DNA of 64,000 bases. Source: Klebsormidium nitens. Lineage: Eukaryota > Plantae > Klebsormidiophyceae. Each line of letters opens with the position of its first letter. Position 1 is the first letter of the stretch. Positions 38,438 to 59,473 of this stretch are shown here, one piece after another. The translations under genes and the position numbers were made by a program. The notes beneath the pieces are model-generated. The model saw only the letters and a program-made list of their open reading frames with translations. It was not told the origin of the DNA and ran no database searches. The stretch is taken from positions 2,266 through 66,265 of the forward strand of contig DF237459.1 of assembly GCA_000708835.1 (NCBI GenBank), in the 5' to 3' direction.

Positions 38438-41400
38438 CTACTTGTTTGACGACATGCGTTTCGTGTGGTCTTGCCATGCAAGCATTGCAGCCCCAACAGC
38501 CGGGTCCTGCTTTGATATGACTGCTTTCGCATGGGGGTATTTTTCTGTAAGCTTCCTGGTCACTTTCTCGGCCACGAAACTGCCGTCCGACAACACGCCT
38601 CCTACCAGAACCAAGGGAAATGACGCGGTACCATCTGCAGAAGGGATCGGAAGTCATATCAATAAAGCGCAAAAAAAGGTTGACGAAAGCGCGAGCTCAA
38701 AAGAGGAGGTGGCCTTGTGTCATAGTTCTTTGAAAGTAGCTTTAGAGGACAAAAAGGTAACAAAGGATGATAAGAAGTGGCTGTATACAGCACGAGGAAA
38801 AATTGGACCGCCGGAATCGGGATCCAGTTAAACCGGTTGCTATGCGGCTGTGATCTACGAACTGATACTTAAAGCCACACCCATCCACGTGCAACATCAC
38901 GATGGAGTTTTCAACGGCAAGAATGAACAAGAATAGACTCTTTTCGCAAAAGAGAGAGACAGAGTATAGCCCAAACTTCTGTACCTTCGCCTCCTAGCTT
39001 TGGCCGCCACACAACCGCCTCGACGGGGCAATGATTGGAAGAGAACGATTGTTGTCGCAAAAAACTGGGGGAGAGAACATGGCTGAATTTTGTACCTTCG
39101 CCTCCTAGTTTCAGCCGCCTCACAACCGCCTCGACGGTGCTCGCCAGCTCTTCCACAGCCTCTTCTAAGATCCGCAGTGCGACCGCGTCTCCCGCTGCGG
39201 CCGTGTCTTTCACGACGGGAACCAAAGCGGCGACGCGAGCCCACGAGTGGTCCTTATAGGCCCAACTGCGGAGAAGAAACCGAGAGTTTCCGCATCTGCT
39301 TCCGAAGGGGATATGACAGTTTTTGCGGCTTTCAGGGACTGCGACAGAGCCGGCAGATACTTTCTCTACGGCGGCCAACAACGAAGATTATAGAAGCACT
39401 CAAGAGGAAAACCAAAGGGCTAAGAGTGAAGACGTCTCCGGCAACTGATGTGAGTCTCACGCCCCGAACGAACAAGGTTGGTTTGAATCCACCACAGGAG
39501 CCGACGGTCACATGAAGGGCAATGGCTGACTAGATCAGCGGCGGAACGCGGCCTGCCAGCCCCTGGGAATGAATTCTGCGTGATTGCAAACGAGTTCGCC
39601 GTCCTTTGCGGAAACGAGAACGAGAATTGGATGGAAATCGCATGACCTTGGAGTAAGACACAAGTACGGAAACTCGAAAATCCTCTTTTTCAGAGAAGAT
39701 GATTAAAGCAGCATGCCAACGTATCTGAGCACCGCAACAAATCTCGGGATAAACCATCGGACTCGTCTGTGAGTGTTTCCAACTCTCCAAGCAGGAGTAT
39801 GAGAGACAGAAGAGCAAAGTTTCGTCATCAGCCTTATCGAGCAACTCAAGAATTGCTCGAGCGCAGCCCAACCAAACGAAAGCCCATGTGCTCCAGAAAG
39901 CAAGGAGACTCGTCTGAAACTGACAGTCGTAAGGGGGATAGTCACATAAGTACCTGAAAAACCACGACACGTTAGTTAATCAACGGCCTTCGCAGGCTCG
40001 CCTGAGCATACCTCTGAGACCGCTTCACCACAATTGTAAACCCCATGTTGCAAAATGTCAAAAGCTCACCCTATAAGATCCTCTGGTTTCGAAAGCCCCA
40101 GCTTCGCGAGGATTGCGCCCGTCAACTTCGTCTCGGGGCCCCGTCCGTCGTCCGCCCGCATCACTGCGGACAGTGCTTCGGACGCAATAGCGTGGCCGCT
40201 GCAGCAATAGGAGTGAGGTGGAGCGGCTCAAAAGTCTTTTCCAGGGGCAACAGAGCAGCGCCGCTTGAAGGGCAGAACCTGACGCAAGCCTTATTCTATT
40301 AGCTCAGGTTTCTGAAGGCATTAGAGCTCAGGTTTCTGAAGGCATTAGAGCGACTTTCAGTCAAAGTACCTTCGTGAAGCGATTGCAACGGCCGCAGGAC
40401 ATCTGCTGCCCTCGAGCACCTAGCATGATCATGACAAGCTCGATTTGTAAAGATATGAGGCTAACACCAGACCCAAAGACGTCCCCGCACCCTCGCCCTC
40501 CCTTTATCCCTGCCTGAACCCACCCATCCGGGAAGGTCGTGTGATCATGAAATGCGCTCATCCTAACGAAGTCAGAAACGACTCTCACCTCCCCCGGTCC
40601 CCCAGAGCTGGCCCCGCCCCCGCAGCACGACACGTTCTCCCATCTTCCGCAACACCATAGGCTATCGTCCCCGTCCCCGCTATAAGCACGCAGCCGTGAA
40701 GCTTCCCGCCAGTCCCCGTGGCCAGAGCGGCTATGGCATCGTTATGGACTGACACGTCAACAGTAGGGTCCGGAAAAATCGACCTGTAGAAACGCGTTGG
40801 AAATAGATTGTAAGTCTCTGAAGCGGGTTTGCTGGTGTTCGAAGAGAGTAAAGACTGAAAGCCCTGCAATCGACGGCAACTGTGTTTGGAGGGCTGCCGT
40901 AAGCAAGTAACCGCTAGTTACAGCCAGATGAGACACCCCAACTCTAGCCTGACATAGCTTGTTGTTGGCTGGTGAGTTCACTCCTCAAGACGACTTGGCA
41001 CAAGACCTAAGACGCTGAATAAAGTAGCACATGCTTTGAACACCACAAGGACTTGCTTCATGGACCAACAGGATCGAGTTTGGCCCATCGCGACACACCT
41101 TATTCACCTTTGTACAAAACTTGTGAAAGACTCCAGATGCTGTTCCAACAAGCGCCACTACAAACAACACGAACTTTTGCAACCATGACGTAAGAGGATA
41201 AGTTCAGCTGATCAGGACACACCTTATCCATCCTAAGACGAGCTCGATGTCAGATGGCCTGTCCACTCCTGACATCCCCATGCAGACTCGTTGCACGGCT
41301 GCCCTTGGGACTCGAGCTGCGGAGAGCGCCTTTGCAATTGCCGCCTCGATTGCCCTGTGAGCCGTCTCCTCTGCAAACCAATGTGGCGACCTTCCGTGAA

Positions 41401-42244
41401 CAACTTCGGTTGTTGCACCATCTGGTTTTTAAATATGGACATGTCGCTCTATTAGTGTTCCACCAGAATGCTCCTTGAAAGGGACTGCACGTATGCTTTT
41501 TCATATTGAGGATACATTGTCTCATCCTTTCAATGTCCTGGTAAGATGGCCAAAAAGCTGTCATTTCAAGAAATAGGCGACCACTCTCAGCAATCCGTTC
41601 AGATTCTATCCTGCCAGCTTTGGTTTACCTTTTCAAAACAGAGTTATGTACGCTGTTTGAGCCTGCAGACGGTCAGAATAACGATTTGTATAGTTCCTCC
41701 TAATTGCTGACGATGTTTTAGTGCACCATCTTTAAAGGACAAGTCTCTGTCCAACAGAGTTAGGCAAACCGTCAATTCCCCAGGGCCCCCCATGCTTGTG
41801 TTTAAGAGAGCGCCTGGGAGTCACCTCCCAAGCAGGCATGCCAGCTTCTTCAATTGAACACCAGATCTTCCTCAATGTGCCCTGCAAACATGCTTGATTG
41901 CCGGGGAAAAAAACCCAATCTATAACGACCTCCAGCTGGTAAAACACCGTTCTGCAGGGCTCTTTCAGCTCCCTCCAGCTCATCAATTTCTGCTCAAACC
42001 CTGACACCGAGGTCAATGACGACTCACCCCCAACGCTGTGGTAATTTGAGCTCCCAGCTGATCCCCCTCCCAGCACATTCCCACAAGCGACAGAATCTGA
42101 CCCGCTTTTTGGCTCTGCACATTCCATCACGACACACGAAGTATTGGTGCCTCCGCCGTCAACCCCAAGTACGACCTGCGCCCCGCCTCTGTCAATCCAC
42201 TCCCTCGCAGAGATCTCGTTGGACCAGGGGGCAGGATCGGCCAT
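38438..42244 (-). CDS. NAGK: N-acetyl-D-glucosamine kinase (BadF/BadG/BcrA/BcrD ASKHA family), ~351 aa
   Basis: Exons 42244-42028, 41370-41223, 40783-40589, 40198-40070, 39265-39096, 38634-38438 (1056 nt; phases match). Motifs: VLGVDGGGTNT, VCMGMSGVDRPSD, VHNDAIAALATG, VLIAGTGTIAYG, GAGPALGDRGSG, WARVAALVP, FPLVLVGGVL, DPAVGAAMLA. Confidence 0.93.
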
Positions 42245-42458
42245 GCTACCTGCTCACAAAAGCGACGCTTGCCAACTCTACTTCAGTCTTTACCTAAGTT
42301 CACCTTCAACTCTGCTCAGAGTCAGACTGCCTGGCAACTATATGGCGTTAGTTAACCTGATCTGGTTATGACGAAAACCGAAGGTTAAAAACCTCTGGCG
42401 TCAACATCTATGTATTCACGTGAAGGAGAAAGCGGCATCCCTGTCAACGATCCACGCC

Positions 42459-42464
42459 TATATA
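42459..42464 (-). promoter_or_regulatory. Possible TATA box for the NAGK gene
   Basis: TATATA ~215 bp upstream of the NAGK ATG (42244); positional inference only. Confidence 0.3.
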
Positions 42465-43253
42465 AGAGGGCACGTCTTAATTCATGACTTCACGTACTTT
42501 GACACCATCACCCGTGCACGGGTTTAACCAGATTTGCTTCCCCAGAGGCAATATTCAGGCTTGCTGGGTTTTGCTCGCGCGGTTCGCGGCCGGCACGTTG
42601 CAGCCGCGGCCGCGGGCGCTTGTGCTGAGCGCCACCGTCCGGCCCCGGACGGTTCAACTTGAACGTCTGAGGTCTCCCGGCAGTCCGGTCATCAGTGCAT
42701 CTCAATGCATGCATATATGGAGGTCGCAGCGCTGCCAGGCACCGCAATGAGGCCCGCTCGTCCGGTCCCGGGCCACCTTTCGAATGATGTGCAATTTACC
42801 ATCGGTAAATTGTGCAAAGCACTTACATATGCGCCGTGCACCGATCATTTCACACATGTGCGGCGTTCAAATCTACTTAATGCATGATTGATGCCCATAT
42901 GGCTGAATGGGTTCGAGCCCTGGCCCTTGCTAGCCGGATCTACAAACGTGGAAAAAGCTTCAGTTGAGATACACGGCCTCAAGAGACTCGTGCCGGACGT
43001 GAGCTTTGAAAGTGTGTTGCGGTGTTTGTGACTCATATCTTGGACGGGGCCCCGATTGGTACATAAGCGTGACTGCAAAACCTTCTCAAATTGCGCAGCC
43101 ATTGCACATGACCTGGCCGCTTGGTAGATTGGCTTGAACGTCCCGGATCATTGGCTTTAAGTGCACAAATCCACCCTATGTGACATCAAACCGAAGACAC
43201 CAGGGAAACGACTGAGGAAAAGCTTAGGAACATAGCCTCTCTCCTGACTTCTG

Positions 43254-51976
<8,723 letters not shown>

Positions 51977-52403
51977 GTTTGAAGCTCCGCCTGGGAACAA
52001 TCCTGTCAGATGCGCGGCCCAGTTCGAACTTTGATGAAGAGAGACCATGGAACTGCCTGTGGAAGGAGGGATGTGAGAAGAGTGCTCGCATGCTTCACGG
52101 TGTTACCACAGAAAAGCAGAATGCTTTAGAACGTCAGCGGTAACGACTCCCGTCCCGTTTCGCAAACAGGTTGAGAGGGGGTGTTACCGCTGAAGTGGCA
52201 AAAAACCGCCAATTCCCCGGCGCCATGGTGATCCCTTCCTTCTGAAGCCTGAGCAAACTTCACTTCCCAGAGCAGAGTACCTACTAAACTGAGAGTACCT
52301 ACTAAACCTCATGATGCCTCAGGCAAGTTTTGTGATGCATTTCACGTTGGCGCTTCAGAAGCCTCTCAACAGAGCTCAGAGCCCTTTTCCTGCAATCAGC
52401 GCC

Positions 52404-53090
52404 ATGCCTGCTTGTGATGTCTGTGGATGCGAGACAAAGAATCGGTGTGGCCGGTGCCAAGCCACTCTCTACTGCACTCGGGCGCACCAGGCGGAAGCCT
52501 GGAAGCAACACAGGCCGTCGTGCATTTCGCCAGCTCCTGAAACAAATGTCCATTTCCCAGGGTATACCCCACAGCCGAGTTATGATCAAAGGGGCGAAGC
52601 TAGATGGGCCATGGACTGAGGTACAAATCGACGAAGACGACCCCATTTGGACGGAAGGTGTGATCTGTCCAGTCCCGCATCTGTTTGGGTGCCTTTGATT
52701 ATTTGGAGGCACATCCGAAGGGACCCACTTTCTTCCCCGCGTGACCAAAAGCTCGACAACCAGCCCGCAACCTGGCTCATGATCGATCCGCACACTGGGT
52801 TCGCGCCTCCCGCCTGGCAAGGCAATGTAGGCCCCGTGACGATCGCACGGAGCGATAAGCAGCCGTTGCTATCGGCGCAACTTGACGTGATCCATGAGTT
52901 CATGAGCCACTTGCTGGACATGTTTGGTGTGACGGGAATGCCTGGTTCGGTTCCCCGCGACAGAATGGGCAGGGACGCGTTCCGGCGGTTCTGGCGAATG
53001 ATGGTGCCCGGGAAGAAAGCGGACCAGCTGGTGTATGGACGGAACAGGGCCAATCAAGTGGACTGGGATGCGGTGCCGTGCCCTTGCTAG
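52404..53090 (+). pseudogene. Intronless MYND-type zinc finger gene with two compensating frameshifts
   Basis: ATG 52404 encodes CDVC-x7-CGRC-x4-YC..AHQAEAWKQHRPSC (MYND pattern). The protein-like middle segment (RVMIKGAKLDGPWTEVQIDEDDPIWTEGVICPVPHLFG) is in the +1 frame. The C-terminal segment (PLIIWRH..DNQPATWLMIDPHTGFAPPAWQGNVGPVTIARSDKQPL) returns to the first frame, which has TGA at 52617-52619. Confidence 0.65.
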
Positions 53091-55210
53091 TGGGCGAGAG
53101 AAAAGGTGAGTTCAAATTTGGCTGGTAATGTGATGTAAGAGCTCTGACCACGTATGGTCTGTTTCAGCTTGGTTGGAATTCTAGCGAATGCATCTGTGGT
53201 TTTGGTTTCAATTGCTGATAGAGCCATTGAGCAAATGAGCTGTTAAGGTGCTGTCAAGCTGTTAAGCAGTTCAGCTGCGGTTAAACCGTTGAGCTGCCAG
53301 CTTCTTCAGCTTTCTGTCCTCCTAATGAGAAGCTGCTGATTTCTTCAGGATGTTCCTATCTCTCTCCTTGGACAATCTGGCTGGTGACTCTCTTATATTC
53401 AGGGCTGGAGACATGCAAGGCTAGAGTCGGACTCTGTCCTGCACTTAGAATGAGGCTTGTTAAGCAGCCTCTGAGCATGATGAATCTTCATTCTGAGCGT
53501 GGTGAATCTGTTAGCAGTAGCTTTTGTAACTGAGTGCTGGCAGTACCATTCAATAAAAAGCCTACAAATGTACCTCACGTCGTGAACTACCTCAGACTTC
53601 ATTCTGCAATCATCTCAGCATGACTGGTGGTAAGTGGCACTTGAATGCCAGCTGGACAAATGCAGCAACGCAAGGACCAAGGCTGTTGAACCATCAGATG
53701 GGTTGACATTACCGATGTTTTGGGGAGGGACCCATGAAAGTGTTCTGAGCAACCCAGCTCTGAGAGGTTCCAAAGCCTCAGTACGAGGGAAGCATTTGGA
53801 GCTTTGCTGGTGGCTTACCAACTAGTTTACCTTTCTGTGACTTAGCTGTCGTCCTTCCAGACTTTCGATTTTGTCAACTTCCACTTCGATGATTTCAGAA
53901 CTCTGGGCAGTGCCGGGAGCTAGAGTGAGCGTGTCCTGATTCTTTGTCTCTTAGTCTGATGTTTGCAACAGCTGCGGCAGTTAAGGATTGCTTTTCCTTT
54001 TCGCTCAGAGCATTGATGATTCCGTTTGAGCGACGCCCCAATAAATTTTGGCGGAGGAAGTGTCCATAAAGAGAACCGCTTTCAGCCATCGGCTTTGTTT
54101 CCAGGTAGTATTTCAGGGCAATGGAAAGCGAAATGGATCTTCGTCACCAAGTTTGCGGGCGACTCAAGTCCTGGCACACAGTGGGGAACGAGCTCCGGGT
54201 TGGCTTCATCGAAACTTCTTGTCTATGAGTAGAGGATAAAAGTTAATGTATGAACCATTTCTGTTGGCTTATCAATCTGCGAACGCTTCTTGTTTGTCTG
54301 ACGTGCAGGTCAACTAGACATGTCGCTGTTTAAAGGAGGCCTGAACGACGCCTGAAGACAATTTAGCCAGGCCAGAACGACGCTTGAGAACAATATGTAA
54401 ATAGAGACGGACTAGGGGAGATCGGCACTTTTGCTGCCCGTTTTCAAACGGCGCGTGAACCCGGATGAGCAGCTCGATGCCATGATGTCGAGTCAAGGCT
54501 TTGATGTGTTTGATGCTGCCAGTAAATCGTGCCAAGAAGCTTTTGGTCGTCTATGCAAAGAAGGCTGTGGAAGCAAGTTTCTCTACAGGTTTGTTTCGGA
54601 GGCATGGCTTTGAGTTCCTTGGCCATGTTAATGGTAAGAACTTTGACAACAATATATAACAACTTTGTTTTTGGATCCGATCACTTACAGCTTCAAATCT
54701 GCAAGCTGTCATTACTGAGGAAACGGCTAAAAGCAATCGCATCCCAACTTGAATGGGTTGCCTCAACAATGACCGTTGTGGGCGTTTGGGCTTATTGTGG
54801 GCACCACAGTGTAAACGTGGAAATATGGTGAACGGCATCGACTGACACAGTATAGCCTCATGCGGTTTTCACAGTCTTCTCACATGTGCCACTGCAATCC
54901 GATGATCGATCTGCGACACATGCACGCGTGATATTGATCTGTGACACATGTCATACTCAGTGATCTGATGATCTGTTGGAACCATCTCAAAGTTTGTCGA
55001 CCCTGCCGGATCATATGAATCAGAGTCTAGCGGTGGAAACTATAATCCTATACCTTTTAAAACCCCCATTCAACCGAAGCCAATTGAAATATCGGCCCTG
55101 CGTCCGTAAACGTGTGACTAGTATGCATGGGGCCTTTCTATTGAAAACAGTTTTGAGTAGAGACATGATACAGTGGAAAGACGAAGGAGGGTACGTTGCA
55201 TTCGCCGATA

Positions 55211-56193
55211 TCATGCATACATGATGCGCATCATGCCGCGGCGTTCGTTGGAAACTTCGACTAACCCATGCTTGATATAGAGCTCAGGAAATCTCTCAGC
55301 GCTCTCTTTTCCTAGAGCTAGGAAAAAGTACTGACGATGTGGCACACAACTTGAACATGTATCGTGTGCATACCTAGTACATATGAAGCAAATTATGAGC
55401 GCAAGCGTGGAGATCGTTGAGAGCTGGCTGGGCCATCCACCCATGCCGCCAAGGAGCTGGCAATATGACGTGCCCAATGGTCCAACAAAGGGCAGGGGCA
55501 GGGGCAGTGGCCTACGATACACCTTCTGCGCAGTCTCTAGTTAGTCGGTCTCATTATAGAAGGCTTCAAAATCTAAGTTGGTTCGAGGATAAGCAAGGTG
55601 CCCTTACATCCTGGAAAGCATCACCTATAATGATCTCTCTTGCAGAGCAAGCCTAAAGAGTAAGAAAGTTACAACCAGGTCAATACCTTGTTCCTTGTCT
55701 ACCTTAGCTAGGTTGGAGATGTGATACAGCACCCTGTTATATGAGTAGGGGCCCAAACTTGAAACATGGCCTCAGGCGCGTTCTAGGACAGGGGTCCTGA
55801 AAAGATGGCAGATTTGCTAGCTCAGAGGGTCTTCGCAACAGAAGGGCAGACGCAGGTACACTCCACAGTTGGAGAGGGTGCCAGTGGCCTCTCCGTCAAC
55901 CCAAGCAAGTTACCATATACAAGGGGAGCGGTCAAAAGCGTAGCAAGGAAGCCTATAAACACGTAAATGTCAGTGCTTCTGTCGTTCAGAACTTCCGCAA
56001 CTTCTAAATCCAGTATTTCTTCTTCTGTCAATGTTCTATCCTCATCCTTTTTGAGGCCCCTGACGATTGTTCGACTTTGACGTCGACGAGGAAGCCTGGG
56101 GGAAATTCAGGTGCGTTCTTCTGAAAAATGCCAATTCCCAACTCACGCCTGCCCACAGCGCATCGCTTCCCATAGCTTCCTGAACAAAGACAT
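55211..56193 (-). CDS. Tentative small orphan protein with two hydrophobic segments
   Basis: Model: 56193-56147 (MSLFRKLWEAMRCGQA), 51-nt GT-AG intron, 56095-55914 (..EEEILDLEVAEVLNDRSTDIYVFIGFLATLLTAPLVY), then 55536 downward (..STISTLALIICFIC..). The first two junctions are phase-consistent; the 3' end is uncertain and I recognise no family. Confidence 0.35.
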
Positions 56194-57151
56194 GGCGGGC
56201 CCGCCTTTACGATCTGGGCTCCTAATTGTTGTTTTTTTGCCGCAGGGGAGCAGTACTCGAAACCTGCCTGGCAAGAACAAGGACGGCTGCAAACGGCTGA
56301 TTGTGGGGGCGCCATGAAATGGGTCAACAGGCTATGATGAAGGAGCGGCAAGGATCCTGTAGGTTGGAGAAAGCAAGTTTAGGTGTATCTCAGGCTGATC
56401 TGCTTCTCTGCTGTTCCCTTATCATTTTTCAGAATGAACAGATCGGCCAATTTATTGTCCTCAGTGCACTGGTGGGCCCGGGGCTACTCGACTTAAGGGA
56501 TCACTGTTGAGCCGGTAGCTGCCGGTTCTCGTCCTCAGGCTCTGGCTTACACGAAATTTACCGACTGACACCCACGGCAAGTATCCCCGAGCCTGCACGT
56601 GACCGTGCCAATACGCTATGTACACGGGGCTGACGGTTATTACATCGGACGGTTTCTAGGCACTACCGATCATCCGACGGTGCATTTCTGATTGCCTCCT
56701 TCCTTTACGACTTGTACGTACGACTTCTCGATGATTCGGAGTCCTGAGTCAGCTGGGCTGCCCAGCAAGACTACGGGTCCGAGTCGATCAGTACGGTAAT
56801 CAGAAGTCTAGGTACCGACTGCTACTGTAGCTGCATGAGCTGCATGCTCCTTGCATCATGCCGGTCTGGCCAGTCCTTGCTCAGCATTCAAGTCGCGAGC
56901 CGTCTGACACATGTTTCTGAGCTGGCAAATGATTGATCGGAGGTTGAGACCGTACAGGATGTTCTGTCGTGAGTTGGAGCTGTCAGACTCAGGGATCTTC
57001 TCAGGTTGTGCTTTCAAGGAGCCGTAACGTACGCTTGCAACGGTTTTTGTCGTGTCTGACGTTGCGTTGTATGCACGGATGACACGTCTGCACCGACAAC
57101 CTCCTGTGGCAACCTGTGCTGTTCTGCTGTGTGCAGCCCGTGTGCAGTGAC

Positions 57152-57242
57152 TTCCCATTAAGTTGCTGGGAATTGTCATTACTGTCGGCAATTGTCGGCA
57201 ATTCCCAATTATTGCTGGGAACCGTGAGACGGGAGTATAAAA
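57152..57242 (+). promoter_or_regulatory. Putative promoter of the primase-helicase gene: two TTCCCA-N8/9-TGGGAA dyads plus TATAAAA
   Basis: ttcccattaagttgctgggaa (57152-57172) and ttcccaattattgctgggaa (57202-57221) are separated by tgtcggcaat x2. TATAAAA is at 57236-57242, ~490 bp before ATG 57730. Confidence 0.5.
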
Positions 57243-59473
57243 GACCTCCAAATCTCACTTTGCAACTTCATTTTCCGAGTTCAAGATTCAGGAGCGCCAG
57301 TAGGAGTCGCCGTACTCAGCCACTGCCTGAGGCTCAAAGCTGCTACTGTCTGCACGTAACCCTCAAGCTCCTAAGTGGATGCTGACTACTCTTATACTCT
57401 TGTCCGAGTCAGTCTTGTAACCCTAGATTGGCCTAGATCATGCACTTGGTTGGGCTTCACTGAATACTCACTGAGGTCTGCCACCTTATACCGGCCAGGC
57501 TACTAGCTCAAGTGACCCACTCAACCACCGTGGCCACAGACTCTCTCAGTAAATACTAGCACCACTTCCAAAATGGAGCTGGTTCATTGTCCAATATAGC
57601 TGTACACCCATACAGCCCATACAGCAAGCCCATACTACAGTAAGCACAGCCACCTGCAACCCCACTGCTGGCCTCTTATGATACTGCCAGTGGTACAGTA
57701 AAGAGTGTTACTATTGAAATAAGTAAATCATGGGGCTTTACAACCGTAAGGACTTTGAAGACTTTCAACGGGACCTGCGGGCAGCGCAGGCAGCTGCAAC
57801 AGCAGAACCCGCAGCACCAAGCTGTACAACCACGTCCGGGTCAAACGAGAAAGCGCAGGAGAGTCTCCACACGCCAGGCCACAGCAGAGACTTCTTGGCA
57901 GTAAGAAGCTCAGCTCCCTTCCATAAAGAGGTAACACGGTGTTATAGAGCTTCTCCATGTTTGTTTAGACAAGGCCGGGCACAAAGGCATGGATCATGCA
58001 GACCTGGGGGCTGCAGGTCCTCGTATGATCTCCGTCTAACACTCTGTTCAACTGGATGAACAGTAATCACACTTACCTTCTTGCAGGAAGGATTCGCAGA
58101 ACTCCAAGCTGAAGTTGAGGCGGCGCCGGCTGCTGCCACTAGACGCCTGATCAAGGGCCAGCGAGTACTAAGAGAACAAGCGCCCGCCGGCCCTTTCAAC
58201 GACGCTGACAACGGAGTATTGGCCGATCTTGTTGAAGAAACGGAACTGTACAATCATGTTCCACCGAAGGAAGCGCGCCGGCGAATCGTGCTTTCGCAAG
58301 AGCAGGTGCGTTATTTCCCTTCGTTAATTAAAAGGGTGATTTGCCTCTTTAGTTCACAGTTGTATTACCTTATTCACAACCTGGCAAGCGGATCTGGTAG
58401 GCTTGCTCTTAGTTTTCAAGCTTCAAGGATCTGAAAGCGCATGACCTCAGCCGTCACACCGTTTAGTGCGGGAGCTCGAGCTCTTTGTCAGCTGCAAAGA
58501 GATGCATCCAGTCTTGGGAAGGGCGCTTGAGACCTGTTGCAGACTGGATCCCCGCAAAAAATGCCTTTTAAATCGGAGAGTCGGACGTGAAGGTGTCTTG
58601 CAGCTCTATGCAGGATCCGTGCTGATCTCAGATGACTTTGTCCGTAGAATATGCTGACAGCACAGCTTTCTGCATGCAAGGAGGACGACGGGGATTCGGA
58701 GCTCGACGACGGGATTGACCTGGAAAACAGCGAGGAAGAGTTTCGACCGAGAGCCCCCCAGCCATCCAGAAACATCCGAGGCGTGATCGATGACTCCCCA
58801 ATTTCCGATGATCTTCACGCGCTGAGACAGATGGACATCGAGTTGGACATCAGGACGGAGGCTGCGGCAAGCAGGGAGGGAGACTTCTTGGCCCAATTAG
58901 AAGCGAAGTACACTGAGAAGCGCACACAGTCCAAGGTGAGCTCGACCTGCAAACGGTGGTCATCCAGCTGCCCGAGTGGCCAGTTGCAGCTGAGTGCATG
59001 AGTGACAACTGACCTCAGACTGCACAACTTGCAGAGCATTAGCGGTTGCCAAACGGACACAAGTTTCTCGTTTCCCGATGTCTTTTGTAGCGGCCGGTTC
59101 TGTGAGTCCAACGTCACGAGATTGTCCACTCAAAGACAGAGGCCCTTGAAGCCGATTGCAATTGCTTGGATGCAGATCTGGGTTCCCGACTGACAAAGTT
59201 GGCCGGGCCAACACAGAGACTAATCAACTTGGTTTATACTTTGATTTCGATCTGGTCAAAGCTGACAACGAACAAACTTACTGAGTTCCAACATTCTTCG
59301 AATGCAGGAAACTAATGTAAGGCGGAAAAGGAAGCGGACAGGGGGCGATGATGATAGTGCAACGATGCCGCTTCCGGTGCGTGCCAACGAGGTTGAGGCT
59401 GGACAGGAACTTGACGTAAGCAACGCTTGAGAGGTTTCCGCAAGTGCAAACGTGCTTGTGCGAATCAAAGCCC

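Noticed and set aside
40301-40351. Small perfect tandem duplications (24 bp x2 here; ~30 bp x2 at ~16870-16932; 18 bp x2 at ~52272-52307)
   Set aside because: Ordinary local slippage duplications with no further structure.
53300-55200. Possible decayed minus-strand gene (e.g. ..ALKYYLETKPMAESGSLYGHFLRQNLL..)
   Set aside because: Interrupted by stops, with no motif I can name and no consistent exon chain.
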